This document shows, piece by piece, positions 37,285 to 51,673 of a stretch of DNA of 64,000 nucleotides; position 1 is the stretch's first letter, and every line of letters starts with the position of its first letter. Made by a program: the position numbers and the translations under genes. The notes below the pieces were generated by a model. That model ran no database searches. It was not told where the DNA came from and was given only the letters and a program-made list of their open reading frames with translations. Source of the stretch: Leucoraja ocellata (Eukaryota); NCBI GenBank assembly GCA_036785375.1, contig JAWMAR010000419.1, positions 620,001 through 684,000 of the forward strand. Reading direction: 5' to 3'.

Positions 37285-38000
37285 GAGTTTTCTAAATGGA
37301 GAGAAAGTCCAGAAATCGGAGGTGTGAAGAAACTTAGGAGTGCTGGTGCAGGACTCCCAAAAAGTTAATTTACAAGTCGAATCGGTAGTAAGGAAGGCAA
37401 ATTCAATGCTGGGATTTATATCAACAGGACTGGAATACAAAAACAGAGATGTAACACTGAGGGTCTACAAGGCACTGGTCAGGCCGTATTTAGAGCAAAT
37501 TTGGGCCCCATATGAGTCATATGGAGGGCCCAGAGGATTATAAGAATTATTCCAGAAATGAGTGGGTTAGCATATGAAGAGCGCTTGACAGCATTGGGCC
37601 TGTACTCGCTGGAGTTTAGAAGGTTGAGGGGAAACTCATTGAAACTTACAGAACAAATGAAAGGCATAGAGTGGATGTGGAACAAAAGATTCCCACTGGT
37701 GGGAGAGTCTAGCACTAGATGTTATCGCCTCAGAATTAAAGGGCACTCTTTTAGAAAGGAGATGAGAAACAACTTCTTTAGTCAGAGGGTAATCTGTGGA
37801 ACTCATTGCCACAGAGGGCTATGGAGGCCAAGTCAGTGGATAATTTTACGGCAGATATAGATAAATTAATGATTGGAACAGGTGTCAAGGGTTATGGGGA
37901 GAAGGCAGGAAATGGGATTAGGAAGCAGAGATCAGCCATGATTGAATGGCGATGTAGACTCGATGAGCTGAATAGCCTAATTCTAATCCTATAACGTGAG
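37285..38000 (+). mobile_element. Old CR1 3' fragment
   Basis: KANSMLGFI, YEERLTALGLYSLEFRRLRG, CR1 3' UTR. Confidence 0.85.
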
Positions 38001-38139
38001 ATTTTGAAAGTAAGTTGAATCCATTAGTGTTCAAACAACAAACCATCTGTCACTCCATAGATCTACATTATCCAGACAAGGAAATTTTCTGTGCACATTT
38101 AGTGATTTTAATTGTGAAAATATGTTTGTTTCAAAAAAG

Positions 38140-39703
38140 ATGTCTTAACAGAACACTAACCATTTTTATTTAACTATATATACAAAAAACAAATAGTTTT
38201 ATCTTAAAGCGGTCTGTCTTCTGTCACACCAAAAACTTTTTAAAATATTTTTTTTGGTATTTTTGTTCAGTAATAGAAATCATGAGGAAACATTTGCATT
38301 AAAACAGTGGGATGTGTGAGAACTGATCAAAAGAAACATACGGCATTTTACTGATCCAAAAACAGATCACAATTTTGCAATCCTGAATTATGAAAACAGC
38401 AATATTTAAAAAAAGTTGTATGCCTGTAGTTTTAAATTCAATAATGAATAGGCAACATTGCCTCATTTTTTATAAATAAATGGAGCATCACGTGAAAATA
38501 CAGAGGAAGCATACAAATTCCTTTGAAGTTGTGCATCTCATGTGCAGAATAATCAAACAAATGCCAAAAAAACAATTCTACTTCAAAGATAACAATGAAC
38601 GGTTCAATAATTTTGCCATCTGTCATTCTAAAATAACTATAGCTTTTGTAAGGAAGACTAATCAGTGGCAGAGACAATTGCATAATCTTGTTACGATGTA
38701 TGCAAAGAGCATTTTAGTCAGCATTTATCTCTTCTGATATCCAAACATATCACAGTCCAGTTTCAAATCAAATTTTTATGCTGTACTTTAAGCATATTGA
38801 GACAACCCAGTTTCTGGAAAAAAAATTGATTGCTCAATTCTCCAATTATAATAATGCGCACACAAAAAAAAAGACGCAACAATCCTGCTGCATGGGGCAG
38901 ATGCACTTTCTTCCCAAACAATTTTAGTTAATGAATTTAATTTACAATAATGTCAACACTGCACAATTCCAAAAATGTAATTTTCCATTTGACAATTTTA
39001 TTCATGAACTGCGCGCTGTACAGTAAATGAATTGTTTTGCAGTCACTCAAACTGTTCCCTCAAAAGTTTCAGAAAACATTAATCGTAATTCACAGACTTT
39101 GAGTAGGAATAGATTAATCCCAAATGATATATCTGAGATGTATAATGTTGCATTCTTCGCAGCCCACAAGAGGCTACAAAACCAGTTACTTTAACCTTGA
39201 GCAGTATTTGGCTACCAAATACCTCAAAAGAAACACAGGAAGTTTAAATGAAAGTATCTGAAAAATTCTCAGTGTACTGTAATCTGCATATTTGATTCAT
39301 ACAATATTCAAAATTAAACATCTAGTATTTTACAAGCCAAGAGCACTTTTTAACGGTGAAGTGAAGTTGCATTCAACTTTTCTGCTTTGAAGAGCATTTA
39401 AAGACATCCATTCACCTTAAAAAATACATTACTCCTCTTCTGGTCAGTCAACTGTTTCTTTTAGATTTAGGTTGAAGGCGAGAGAAATGTTGTGAAAAGG
39501 CAGACAGAAATAGGAACAATTTTTTGAAAAGACTATAATCTGGTGTTGGTTAGAAACACACATACACAGATTTCAGTTTTTAAAAGATTAGCAATTTCCC
39601 ACCCTCCCAAGCCCAAAATAAGGAATACATTCAACATTAGAAACCTCAGATAATAAATAATTAAATTTTCATTTTCACATAAAAGTCTGTTTTTGTGTTT
39701 CCA
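38140..39703 (-). other. DNAJB11: Probable DNAJB11 3' UTR
   Basis: AT-rich, repeat-free stretch after the stop; AATAAA on the minus strand at 38165-38170 and ~38997-39002; true end not determinable. Confidence 0.5.
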
Positions 39704-39768
39704 TCAATATCCCTGAAGCCCATTGTAGACTTTCTTCACTGGTCCTTGTTTAAGCAGATTCTTTATAT
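39704..39768 (-). CDS. DNAJB11: DNAJB11 (ERdj3) exon 10, terminal
   Basis: IKNLLKQGPVKKVYNGLQGY*. Confidence 0.96.
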
Positions 39769-41314
39769 CTAAAGGATTAAAAAAAAAAATCATCTATTTT
39801 TTGAATTCATAATCAACATTGCCTTATATTACTCATTAAGGAGCGAGAGAATGTACGCACGGCTCTCGGATGGACAAGAGTCCGAATCTCATCTATGTTT
39901 CTTGACCAGAGCTATCAATATTTGCACATAAACATCAATAAAACAATAAAGAGAACAACCCCTGGATTTTAGCTTTAGAGAGGCTTTTCTTGGGGAATGT
40001 TGGGATGCAGGGCCTGCTGTGGTCAAGAAACCCGAAGACTGGTTTTCCCATTAAAGTCAATTTGCTCTGTACAAGAAAGCAAAGTATCTTCTGCCAATAA
40101 AAAAACAAAGTAAGCTCCTCTGACAAACATAATGTGAAGAATAAACACATGATAAATTTTATGTGATAAAATGAAATTATCATAAAATGCTGTGTCCCCA
40201 GCCACAGTGGGAAAGGCAGGTGAAATCCCCAGTAATTTCCTCTCTGGTCACTGCAGCTTTGTCATTATGCAAACTTTCTAAAATTCCTGCAAAATTTAAA
40301 TCTAGGCTTTTTTATGCGAGTGTTGTAAACAACTGATAAGGTGCAGATTATTGAGCAGGAAGCCTGGCTCAGAACACATTTAAGAGCTAGTGGGTGGTGA
40401 CAGCAGAGCAGCTTGTTGGCCTTGACACTTGCTCTTGATGATCGACAATACTCCTGAAAAGGAACTTGCATCATTGATCCAGATCCACGCCTCAGCTTTC
40501 AGCCGCTAGCTTTCTGAAGGCCTGGAACCACCACTTCCCATTAAAAATAAGAGACAGCTTGGTCCTTGGTTCCAATTTTGACCAAAACAGTTCCTGACAA
40601 TTCACCAACTATTTTTAGGGAGTTAAAATATTCAGTTTATAAAAATGTCAATTTTCATTGAAACTTCTATTGCTTAAAAAAGGAATCCATTACTTATCTG
40701 GATTTCATCCATAATAATTACGAATTAATTTAACATTCAAAATTAAACTAACTTGGAACGAGTGATTGCATACACCGTCGGGGACTTGGGGGGAAAAGAG
40801 TCCCTGATGACAATGGTCAGACCAAAGTTTCAGTCAGATACATGGGTGACTGTTAGCAGGGGAGGGAAAGGATTTTCGAGAGGCCGATAGGACCTCTCGG
40901 GATAAAATGACAGCAGCAGCCAGACCGGTGGCACCATGACTGTCGCTGTTGTACGGCACCATAGGTCAAGGACTAGGCACGCAAGAATGACAAGGGATTC
41001 TTTAGTCAAGGGCACAGATGGCCATGTCTGTGGCCGCAAACACGATTCTAGGATAGTGTATCGCTTCCTTGGTGCCAGGGTCAAGAAAGTCTAAGCCAAC
41101 ACGAGAGATTCTGAAAGCAATCAGAAGTCATGGTCTACAATGATACTAATGACATAGGCAGGAAGGGAAATTAGGTCTTGCAAAGAGAATTTAAGGAATT
41201 TGCAGAAAGTTAAAAAGCAAGACATCTTGGAGGGCTCATCCAGTGAGGCAATGATGGTAGATTTCAGGAATAAGAATAGACAATCATCATAGGGTTATAC
41301 TACAGTCGTCCGTC

Positions 41315-41347
<33 letters not shown>

Positions 41348-41982
41348 ATAGCCAACAGGCGATGGAGGTAAAGATGAAGATCTATTGTGGAAAGATGTGA
41401 AAGCAACAAGGCAGTTGCACTGGGTTACTTTAATTTCCCCAAAATTTACTAGGACTCCCTTAGTGAGCGAGAATTAGATGGGGCAGAGTTTGTAAGATGC
41501 ATCAAGTAAAGTTTCTTTATACAGCGAGTTGATTATCTAACCAAAGAAGAGGGCATGTATTGGGAAATGAGCCTAGCCATGTGAATGGAATTTCAGTGGG
41601 GGGGGAAATTTTGGAAGTTATTATAACTAAGTTATCAGATAGTTGTGGACGGGGGGGGGGGGGGGGGGAGGGGTTTAATGCCACCTTGAGGAAAGGCTAA
41701 TTACAACAGCATTAGGCAGAAGTGGGGAGAGTAGATTGGGAGCGGCCGTTTTCTTGGGCAAATCCCCACCTGACCTGCTGGAGTTGTAAAGAGCAGCTGG
41801 ATAGGATTCAGGACCAACATGTGCCAGTGAGGAAGGAGGACAAGGTTTGGGTACCTTAGACAAGGAGATATGTTGCAGACGCAAGTCAAAAAGAAAAAGT
41901 ACAAGGTTTAGGACGCTGAAATCCATCAGGGTTCTGAGGAATATAAAGAAGCAAGAGAAATAAGGAAGTTTAAAAAGAGTCA

Positions 41983-42652
41983 TACTTTTGTAAATTGTAT
42001 AAAAATCAAAAATTTCTGGACGGATATTTTTAGAATAATTTCTGAAGTTGTTAATATCCAATTGGATCCCGACTCAAAACTAATAATATTAGGAATATCA
42101 GAACAAAGCCTAAAACTTACAACAAGCCAAAGGAACTTCCTTGATTATAGTATAATAACTGGGAAAAAATTAATATTAAAATTTTGGGAAAAATCCAACA
42201 ACCCCCACAATTAAAATGTGGATTATGGAGATGTCGGAGACCTTACATTTGGAAACAACTAGACTCGTCTTAATTGACAAACAAGAATTATTTGCTAAAA
42301 TATGGTCTCCATTTATTGATGTTCTGAAACGGTAAATTGGTCCGGCATGGAAGCCCGACTGAAGCTTGAACCCAGGATTAGATGAATGGTTATGTTTTAT
42401 AATCTACGGACCTATCTCCAAAGTTGTATTATTGGTCATTTATTCTATTCTTTTTCATTATTTTTTTTCTCCCTTCTTCCTATCTATAAAAAAAATAAAC
42501 AAATATAAGCTGTGTTAATATGTAATTGATAAATGGGGACCACAACTATTTTGATAGCTGGGATCCCAACTATTAACAATATGTAATTGATAAACAAACT
42601 ATCTTCTAATATATGCTTGTATATGCTTCTAATAAAAATATTATTAAAAAAA
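41983..42652 (+). mobile_element. L1-clade LINE 3' end
   Basis: GKKLILKFW..WIMEMSETLHLE..F.KIWSPFI C-terminus, AATAAA and oligo-A tail. Confidence 0.7.
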
Positions 42653-42694
42653 AGTTATGAATATAACTTGATGAGTAGGATTAAAGGGAATCCC

Positions 42695-42952
42695 GTCATT
42701 TTATCCATACAGCATAAGAACGCTGCAGGAGATCCTTTTCCCCTGTGGCTTTCAAACTGTACAATTCCTCCCCCTCTGTCATGGGGTAGACCGACCCCTC
42801 TCCCCCTCTTCCCACTCCCCCCAATCTTTGCATAACCCCAATTCTGGACTCTCCACTCATCACTTTAATTTCATCTTTCATGTATTTTGTGTTGTATGAC
42901 GGTTGGCAGACCAATTTCCCTCTTGGGCCAAATAAAGTTCTATTGTATCATA
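42695..42952 (+). mobile_element. Rex1-like LINE 3' tail (related copy at ~29660-29916)
   Basis: RSFFPVAFKLYNSS remnant and ATAAAGTTCTAT(C/T)GTATC tail shared between both copies. Confidence 0.65.
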
Positions 42953-43439
42953 TATTAAACACAGGAGGGTAAATCAGGAGCAGGCGGAATGGGCGAGGTT
43001 CTAAACAAGTACTTCACATTGGTATTCATTATGGTGGTCTGTAGTGAGATCAGTATGGATTATGTTGATATTCTAGGCATGTTGATATAAAGGTGGTGAT
43101 GCTGGTTCTCTTGAAGAGAATTGAGGTGGGATATATCCCAGGGTATTGAGCGGGGCAAAAGGAGATTGCTGGGCCTTGACAGGAGCAGGACTGGAGAATA
43201 GTCAATGTGTGTTTAAGAGCAGAAATACTGATAAACCTGGATAGGATCGGCCAATGTGCCTTACCTCAGGGAAACTATTATAAGTACTTAAGGATAGGGT
43301 CTACTCACATTTGGAAAGCACGGACTTATTGAGGATAGTCAGCATGGCTTTGTGGGAGAGTTTTTACAAATTTGATTTTTTTTTTTTTTTTTTATAAAGA
43401 AGGTGATGAAAATGATTGATGAGGGTAGGTCAGTGGATA

Positions 43440-44434
43440 TCTATATTACTAAAAGTCTGATCTTGACCGCTTTTGGCCCACTGTGCTGCGATTTCCGAGA
43501 GAAAGCCGCCACCTAAGGCTGTCATTTTTGGCCACCTCGCTCAGAGCCCACGTCTGCCTTCCTGGACCAGAGGATTTTTCCCATCGATGAAAAATCAGAG
43601 AGATACTAATGTTTTTTTTTTTTAAATCACCATTCTCTTTGCTGCCCCTGCTGGAGGGAGGGGGAGGGACTATAAAACCAGGTGTGCCTCAATCAGTCTC
43701 TGCAAGATGGAGGTCACGTCTCTCTGAGCTCTGAATAACACTGAACACATGTCTACTAAACTGTGAGTGCCCTTAATGTGGTTTGAAAATGAAAATATGG
43801 TTGGTTTGAAGTAAAAAGGCATGCTTGCAAATGGTTGTTTGAGAGGATTGGGTTGAAGTAAAAAGGCACTCCCTCTCTCCCCACCTCTATCCCCCCCCTC
43901 CCGCTCTCTCCACCCCCCCCCTCTCTCCCCCCTTTCTCCCCCTCCCTCTCCCCTCCACACCCCCTATCCCCTTCCCTCCACCCTCCCTGCTCCCCTCACC
44001 CCCCTCTCTCCCCGTCACTCAGCACCCTCTCCCCCCCCCTCCCCCTCTTTCTCTCCCCCTCCACACCCTCCTCCATCCTCCCTCCCCCGGCCCCCATCCT
44101 CTTCCCTCCACCCTCCCTGCTTCCCACTTCTCCCCCCTTCCCCCTCTCAGCACCCCCTCCCTCTCACCCCCTTTCCCCTACCTTTCCCCCCTCACCCACC
44201 CTCCCTCTTATCCTCCCCTCCACCCCCTCTCCCTGTCTCTGCCTCTCTCTGTCTCTGCCCCTTCTCTCTGCCCTCGCCCTCTGCCCCCGCGACCCCCCCC
44301 CCCGCCCAGATGTGACTGCAAGGTTGGGGCTATGCGTTAGTAGATAGGGTGGTTATGGGGTAAAAGGAGCAAATTAATAATATGAATATAATATCAAGGG
44401 GGATAATTAGCGTGTGTGCGGGGGGGGGGGGGGG
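43440..44434 (+). mobile_element. Non-autonomous Helitron-like element, 3' end lost
   Basis: A|TCTATATTACTAAAAG start inside CR1; C-rich tract 43870-44305; homologous to 62695-63627. Confidence 0.6.
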
Positions 44435-45189
44435 GCAATTGGGAGATCAAATAGTTATATATATGAACATCAGTACAACTTTGAACAAGGTCCCTCATGG
44501 TAGATTAATCCAGAAGATTAAGACACATGGGATCCATGGAGATTAGGTAGACTGGATTCAAAATTGGCTTGGTCATAAAAGGCAGAAGGTAGTGGTGGAG
44601 GAGTGTTATTCTAAAGGGAAGTCTGCGACTTGTGGGCCAGTTGGAAATATGGGCAGAGAAATGGCAGGTGGAATTTAATCTGGAGAACCATGTAGTGTTG
44701 CAATTGGGAGATCAAATAGAAGAGAATCACAGGACCCTTCTGAGCATTGAAGAACAGAGAGGTCTTGAGGTGAAAGTCCATGGTGCCCTGAAAGTGGTGC
44801 CACTATCAGACAGGGTGGCAAAGGTGGCATTTGACATGCTTGCCTTTCTTGTTCATGGCGCCAAGTATAAAAGCCAGAAAGGTCATGTTGCAGCTGTCTA
44901 AAATTTTGGGGAGGTTTCATTTGGAGTACTGCATGCAGCTCCGGTTGTTTCATTACAGGTAGTATGTGGAGGCTCTGGAGGGGGCGCACAAGAGGTTCAC
45001 CAGGATGCTGCCTGATTACAGAGTGTATTAAATATAAGGAGATATTGGGCTAACTTTGATTGTTTTCTCTGGAACGTCAGAGACCGAAGGGTGTCCCAGT
45101 AGAAGTATAAAAATAAAAAAAATAATGAGAGGCATACACAGGATAGATAGTTAAAGTTTTTTGCTCAGGTTGGAAATGTCAAATGGGCA

Positions 45190-45475
45190 GCAGTGGTGCA
45201 GCGGCACAGTTGTTGCTTTACAGCACTTTCAGCGCCAGAGACGCAGGTTCAATCCCGATAACAGGTGCTGTTCCTACGGAGTTTATATGTTCTCCCCGTG
45301 GGTTTTCTCTGAGATCTTAGGTTTCCTCCCACAGTCCAAAGATGTATAGGTTTGTAGGTTAATTGGCTTTGTATAAAAAATATAAAATTGCCCCTAATGT
45401 GTAGGGTAGTGTTAATATGCAGGGATTGCTGGTCGGCATGGACTCGGTGGGCCAAAGGGCTTATTTCCAAACTAA
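45190..45475 (+). mobile_element. HE1/V-SINE
   Basis: tRNA head, V domain and tail as at 21897. Confidence 0.8.
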
Positions 45476-46199
45476 ATACCAACAGGCATGAGGTAAGAGG
45501 GAAGGTCAAAGAGATTTACGAGGCAAATTTATGCAGATGTGCAATTTTGCATTTGGCATCATCATCACCACAAACATCGCCAGCCAATGGGCCTGTTCCT
45601 GTGCTGGACTGCTCCACATTCTGATTTTCTAAATATTTCTTATGTACAATTTATTGGATTTGGTTCTCTGAATTAGATAGAGCCAGAACCACTGACAGCA
45701 AATAATCTTAGTTATATTAAATATTTCTCAGTCTTCAGTGACTATTTCTCACAGGCTTTAACATAGTTAATTGATGTCCAGACCTAAAAAGTCAAAGTCC
45801 CAGAATTTCCTTCATTATCTGGCAGAGGCAGAGAGGAATTACCAGAACTGCAATACAACCTGACAGATTAATTGCCATCTTTGATCATCAATGCCATTAT
45901 GCTTGTATAATGCAACTGATTAAATCCCAAAGGTGCACAAAATAGATCATAGGTAGATATTTTTCATCTAATAATTCTCACGAGCCATACTTTGTGGTAG
46001 ATTTATAATGGAGTCGAGTGAAAAAGCTCATTTCGACAACGGATGAAAGAAGAGCTAATTTCTACAACAGAGTAGACTAAGGATGCCAGAAATGTCCTAC
46101 TTTCTCATCAGTTTTCTTCCCTTCACCAGTGGCAACAATACTTATATGACAAGTGAACAATGAAAAATAAAATGTGAGTATTATGTCTGGAATGTAAAG

Positions 46200-46491
46200 G
46201 ACAGCACAGTGGCGCAGGAATAGAGTTGCTGCATTACCACACTTACAGCGCCAGAGACCTGGGTTAGATCCAGACTATGGATGCTGCCTGTACGGAGTTT
46301 GCACGTTCTCCCCATGACAGCGTGGGCTTTCTCCGAGATCATCGGTTTTCTCCCACACTCCAAAGCCATACAGGTTTGTAGGTTAATTGGCTTGGTATAA
46401 AATGTAAATTGTCCCTAGTGTGCAGTATAGTGTTAATGTGGGTTGAAGGGCCTGTTTCCATGCTGTATCGCCAACTAAACCAAAAACTAAA
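46200..46491 (+). mobile_element. HE1/V-SINE
   Basis: GGAGTTTGCACGTTCTCCCC..GGTTTTCTCCCACA V domain. Confidence 0.8.
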
Positions 46492-46524
46492 CCAGAATGT
46501 AACAATTTAACAATAAATACTTGC

Positions 46525-46684
46525 CATCTTTCTGATTGTCAGTAAGTCTGTCCTTGGGAAAATCCACATCAAATGTTATTATTAGGGAACCCCTAATGTT
46601 GTTATTGTCAAAATTTGGTAATCCCTCTCCTTTCTTCCATAGTTTTGCACCAGGTTTTGTAATCTTGTCTCTAACTACATGAAC
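46525..46684 (-). CDS. DNAJB11: DNAJB11 exon 9 (GC donor)
   Basis: 160 bp, [44 protein letters not shown].. Confidence 0.93.
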
Positions 46685-46868
46685 CTGGAAAAAGATACAA
46701 GATAAAATTAAAACAATTTTCCAGAGATAATATTAAATTTTCTTAATACAATCTTAAAGTGCAATTATTTTCTACTTTAAAGAAAATGACAGACTTAATT
46801 GTGAAGAGTATAACAAAACTTGTTAGAATGGTCTATTAAAAGTTTGACGATGAATTTGAACTCCGTAC

Positions 46869-46980
46869 CTTGTGCCCATCCAAATGTGAAATATCCATTT
46901 CAAAACCTATGAGTGCTTCCACTAATGAAATTGTGACATTTGTATAGAGGTCATCACCCCGTCTTTCAAATACAGGGTGC
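46869..46980 (-). CDS. DNAJB11: DNAJB11 exon 8
   Basis: 112 bp, [37 protein letters not shown]. Confidence 0.96.
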
Positions 46981-47688
46981 CTAAAGTAAAAGAAAGCAAC
47001 TGATGAGATTAAAGAATTACTTAGTATAACTTACCACGTTAAAGTGCATTAAACAGAACCATTTTGCATAGAGCTTGACCCAGAGTCGAGATACCCAATC
47101 TGCTGAATTAACTCAGCGGGACAGGCAGCATCTCTGGAGAGAAAGAATGGGCGAGGTTTCAGATGCTTCAGTGACCTGAAGCATCACTCATTCCTTCTCT
47201 CCAGAGATGCTGCCTGTCCCGCTGAGTTACTCCAGCATTTTGTGTCCACCTTCGATTTAAACCAGCATCTGCAGTTCTTTCCTACACAATCAAGTCCTCC
47301 ATCTCTGTTATCATTCTGGTAAACCTCTTCTATATAATTTTAAAACTTCTCTATTTGTCAACTGTTGTGCCCCAAACTGGATATATTTTTCCAGCAGAAA
47401 CCCAACAATATACAGAAATTTTTTTTCTTAAATAAAACTATTTACTTATTACCAAGCTTTTTTAAAAATGTGAATTTACTACACCTTCTAATATTTACAA
47501 AGATATACACATCCCAACATCGTAACCTCTGTTCCTATATTTTTCATTTAAAATTGTACTATTTAATTTATATTTCCTCCACCCATTGGATTGAAAATCT
47601 ACCTCTCTGCATCTTGGCTGACAAAATTGAGATAAAAGAAAGGAAATCCACCAACAGTCTAAAATAAAGTAAATAAAAGAGCTCTCAC

Positions 47689-47746
47689 TTTAAAACCTTT
47701 ATTTTGAATTTCAGGTCACCTGGCTCTCCATCTATATGTGGTTCAC
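47689..47746 (-). CDS. DNAJB11: DNAJB11 exon 7
   Basis: 58 bp, EPHIDGEPGDLKFKIKVL. Confidence 0.95.
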
Positions 47747-50700
47747 CTATAGAGAAAAGAGAATGTACAACTTCATCTCTGCACAATAAAGGTGGCAATT
47801 TTAGTTATCATTTGTCACCATTTTACAATGGCAAAATGCAGAATCTTACTTTAATATATGTTGACTTATGGATACATTCATCTTTATGCACATTTGTGCC
47901 ATAAATCATCAACAGATCGGTGCTGGCATTGGTTGAGAAGGTGAGATGAATTCAAACTCATTTGGGCTTTCAGAAGCATGGGTGGAAATCCCAGGGAGGG
48001 GCCAAGGGACACACGCGTGTGTCCCCCCCCCCCCCCCCCCATTTCGAGAGGTGGGGGACAACCCCCCCCATTTTTTGTAATCCGGATTTTAAATCCCATT
48101 GAAATCTCCACTTTCCGCGAGACAGTGGGGGTGGGACTGCTGATCGAGGGCGCCGCTTGGACGAGAGCGACGTCAGTCAGCAGGCAATGGGGAGAGACCA
48201 TGATGATTCAGCGCGATGATTGGAGGAGGGAGACGTCCTGGTGAAGCAAAGATCAATGAGCGGAGCTTGAATTGCATGCCCAGGTCATAGGTCACATGCG
48301 AAAAACAGCCCTGGACACGGACCTGCGCCTCATCCGCAGCCAGGATCGATCCCGGGTCTCCAGCGCTGCAATCGCTGCCGAACCACCACTGGACCATTCC
48401 CCCCCCAAGCCTGGGGGGTGGCCAGAGACGTCGGGAGTCAGACGGGAACAGAAATTTTATTTTTGTATGCTTCGTTGTCACCTTCTCCTAGCTAACAATG
48501 ATAAATTCTACATTTTCTTTATGTCTCGTTTTCACACGTTATCCTTCCATATCACCGTGTCTCCCTCTCCCCTGACTCTTTGTCTGAAGAAGGGTCTCGA
48601 CCCAATACGTCACCCATTCCTTCTCTCCAGAGATGCTGCCTGTCCCTCTGAGTTACTCCAGCATTTTGTGTATATCTTCGTAATTACTTCAAACATGAGT
48701 GGCCATCGAAATTGACAAGCAATTGCTTTTACTGACGCTTGCGGGATGCAACAGACAGCTTTTTGTATTTTTAGCTTGCAGTAAAAGTAACATTATTGAT
48801 ATTGAAACAACTTTAATTTTTGAAATTCCAAGTGGAAAAAGAACTTTGCTATCGAGTCTGAAACTGTCAGCCCCCAATCTCCTTTGACCGACTGATACAA
48901 TTCTTTGTATCACATGATTTTCTAGAACAAGAAGTTTGTTTGGAAATTAACTATCATGTTATAGCCGACCTAAAAAGATACGTTTTACAGGGATTTGATA
49001 ATACAGTTGAATAAAAGGTTTTACGAAGGGAATAGTTGGTCCGAAACATCTTAACACCCTGCCATGTGTGAAACAATGAAGGCAAATGAACTTGGGGATG
49101 ATTTGAAAGGCTACTTTCAGGAGGCCGCAGAAGCAACTTGAAGTAGATCAGGAAGCTGAAGCTACTTCAATAGTTGGTAACCCCCTGGAGTCAGCAATGT
49201 TACTACAACTGGCAAGCATGTCTGGATACCATTGGCAGGGTTTAGAATAAGCTGGAATAAAGGAGTCAGCAATTATAGTATTTCAGCACAAAAGAATGAA
49301 CCAAAAATATGAACAGTGATGCAAAAATAAAAGGAGAATTTTGTAATGAAGTCGTTTTGGTAGCAAGCAAGATAACAATTTGTAACAGGATACAAGTGGT
49401 TGGGTTAACATCAGCCAGCAGCTGAGAAAAGGAATGGAATTCAATCAACGGCGCTGTCTTCCCAATGTTAGGCTGATGGAATTCCATGCAAAACTTAGCA
49501 TTATACAAGAACCAGATAGAGTGATACAGCGTGGAAACAGGCCCTTCAGCCCAACTTGCCCACACCCTTTCCAGCTTGAGAACATCTTTCGTATAACATG
49601 GTGCCCAGAACTGAACACAAGACTCTAAATGCAGTCTCACCAATGTCTTATACAACTGCAACATGACCTCCCAACTTATGTACTCAATACTCTGACTGAT
49701 GAAGGCCAAAAGCCTTTTTGAATACCTTATCATTCTGCGACTCCACATGATACAGATGTTCATGGCACTGGTTGGTGAAAAGTGATCAACACACACACAC
49801 ATAATGTACTCAATACACGTGGTATTTGACCGCACTGTTTCATCTGTTGTCAGGCCAATATTTGTCCAATCTCTCCTGATAACTTAATCCCCACCAATCC
49901 AGGCAATATCCTTGCTCATTGTTTCTGCATCCTCACTATCTTATCACAGCTCTCATACGGTGTGGTGACCAGAAATGGTTGGGAGGCTTTCAAAAGAGAA
50001 TAGGAAGATTGCAGGGCCAACACGATTATGGATCACTGGTTGATGAGAAATATTACGGTCTGGTCTGAAAAGAGGAGGCTTACATCAGGTATCGGCAGAT
50101 GGGATCAAGGGAGACCCTCAAATTTAAAATGGAAATAGGAATACATACAAGAAGGAAATTAGGAGGATGAAGAGATATCTCTGGCAGGCAAGATAAAGGT
50201 CTGAAGAAGGGTCTCGATCTGAAATGTCACCCAATCCTTCTTTCCAGAGATGCTGCCTGTCCCACTGAGTTACTCCAGCATTTGGTATCTACCCAAGATA
50301 AAGGAGAATTTGAACGGAATATGTCAATATTAAAGCCAGGGAGAGCGTAGGTTCAGGAAATGATCTAACTTCTTTATCCTTCTTCACCGTAAATGTAGAC
50401 TTCAATTTATTTACTGCGGAGAATAATATGGACATTAGTGAGTTTAAATGAGGGAAGAGTAACTTCCTGGAGCATTAACACAATCAAAGGTACCGGACGT
50501 CTTGAAATGTATAAAGAATGCAATATCATGTATTTTGGGAAATTAAACCAGGGCAGGACAGACATCATGAATGCAGTGGCCAGGGGAATGTTGACGTTTA
50601 AAATGACTTGGCAAATCACGCAGTAGAAGGAAAGTTGAGGATGCTGTAATTCCATGAATAAAAATAATAAAAACAAAAATCTTATAATCATGTGCAAAAG

Positions 50701-50901
50701 GGAGATGCTATTGCATGTCAGCCAGTCAAGCCAGCAACATTGCAGTCCCCAGAACGTCATTTTGAAGAGATGGAAAAAAATGGACCAAAAGATTTCTTCC
50801 ATTCAAGAAAAGGATGATGCAAACTGTAATTTTATCTTTTTACTTCAAAGAGCATAAAGTATCTTACTCAAAACTTTGAAATACATGCCTAAATAACATT
50901 A

Positions 50902-51099
<198 letters not shown>

Positions 51100-51520
51100 T
51101 CATTTGATTGGTGTCAAGACTGAGCTTTGTGATTACAACTTCCCCACAACAAAGCCTACCAGATATATCCAATAAATAGGATGGGCTACATTTAGAAAAC
51201 AACTCTCACTCATACGAAAAAACATTATTCTTTATGTTTAAATGAATTGCCACTTCATACTCTTCAGGATTCAATTTATACATTTTCATATGAGAATTTT
51301 GTCATACAAAGATGGTCATAATGTTCCAACTCAAAAGATAGATAGTTGTTGAACTACAGTGTCCCTCGTAGTATAATCCAAAACACCAAGAGCAACAAAT
51401 GCTTTTTTTTTTGCTTAAAATATTTTAATTGCTTAAAATGTTATAAAGTCAGCCATTTTTTGTTTACTGGCCCCACAGGCTCCACAATGACAAAATACAA
51501 AATATGAAAAGCAGTACTTA

Positions 51521-51673
<153 letters not shown>

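Larger units (their letters stand above)
40770..45185 (+). mobile_element. Old, long, decayed CR1 (ORF1 esterase-like and ORF2 remnants) hosting nested insertions
   Basis: Remnants resembling DS.V.GTD, FLGARV, GVYYRPP, GDFNFP, SQHGF, KVPHGRL and HLEYC.Q. Confidence 0.75.
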
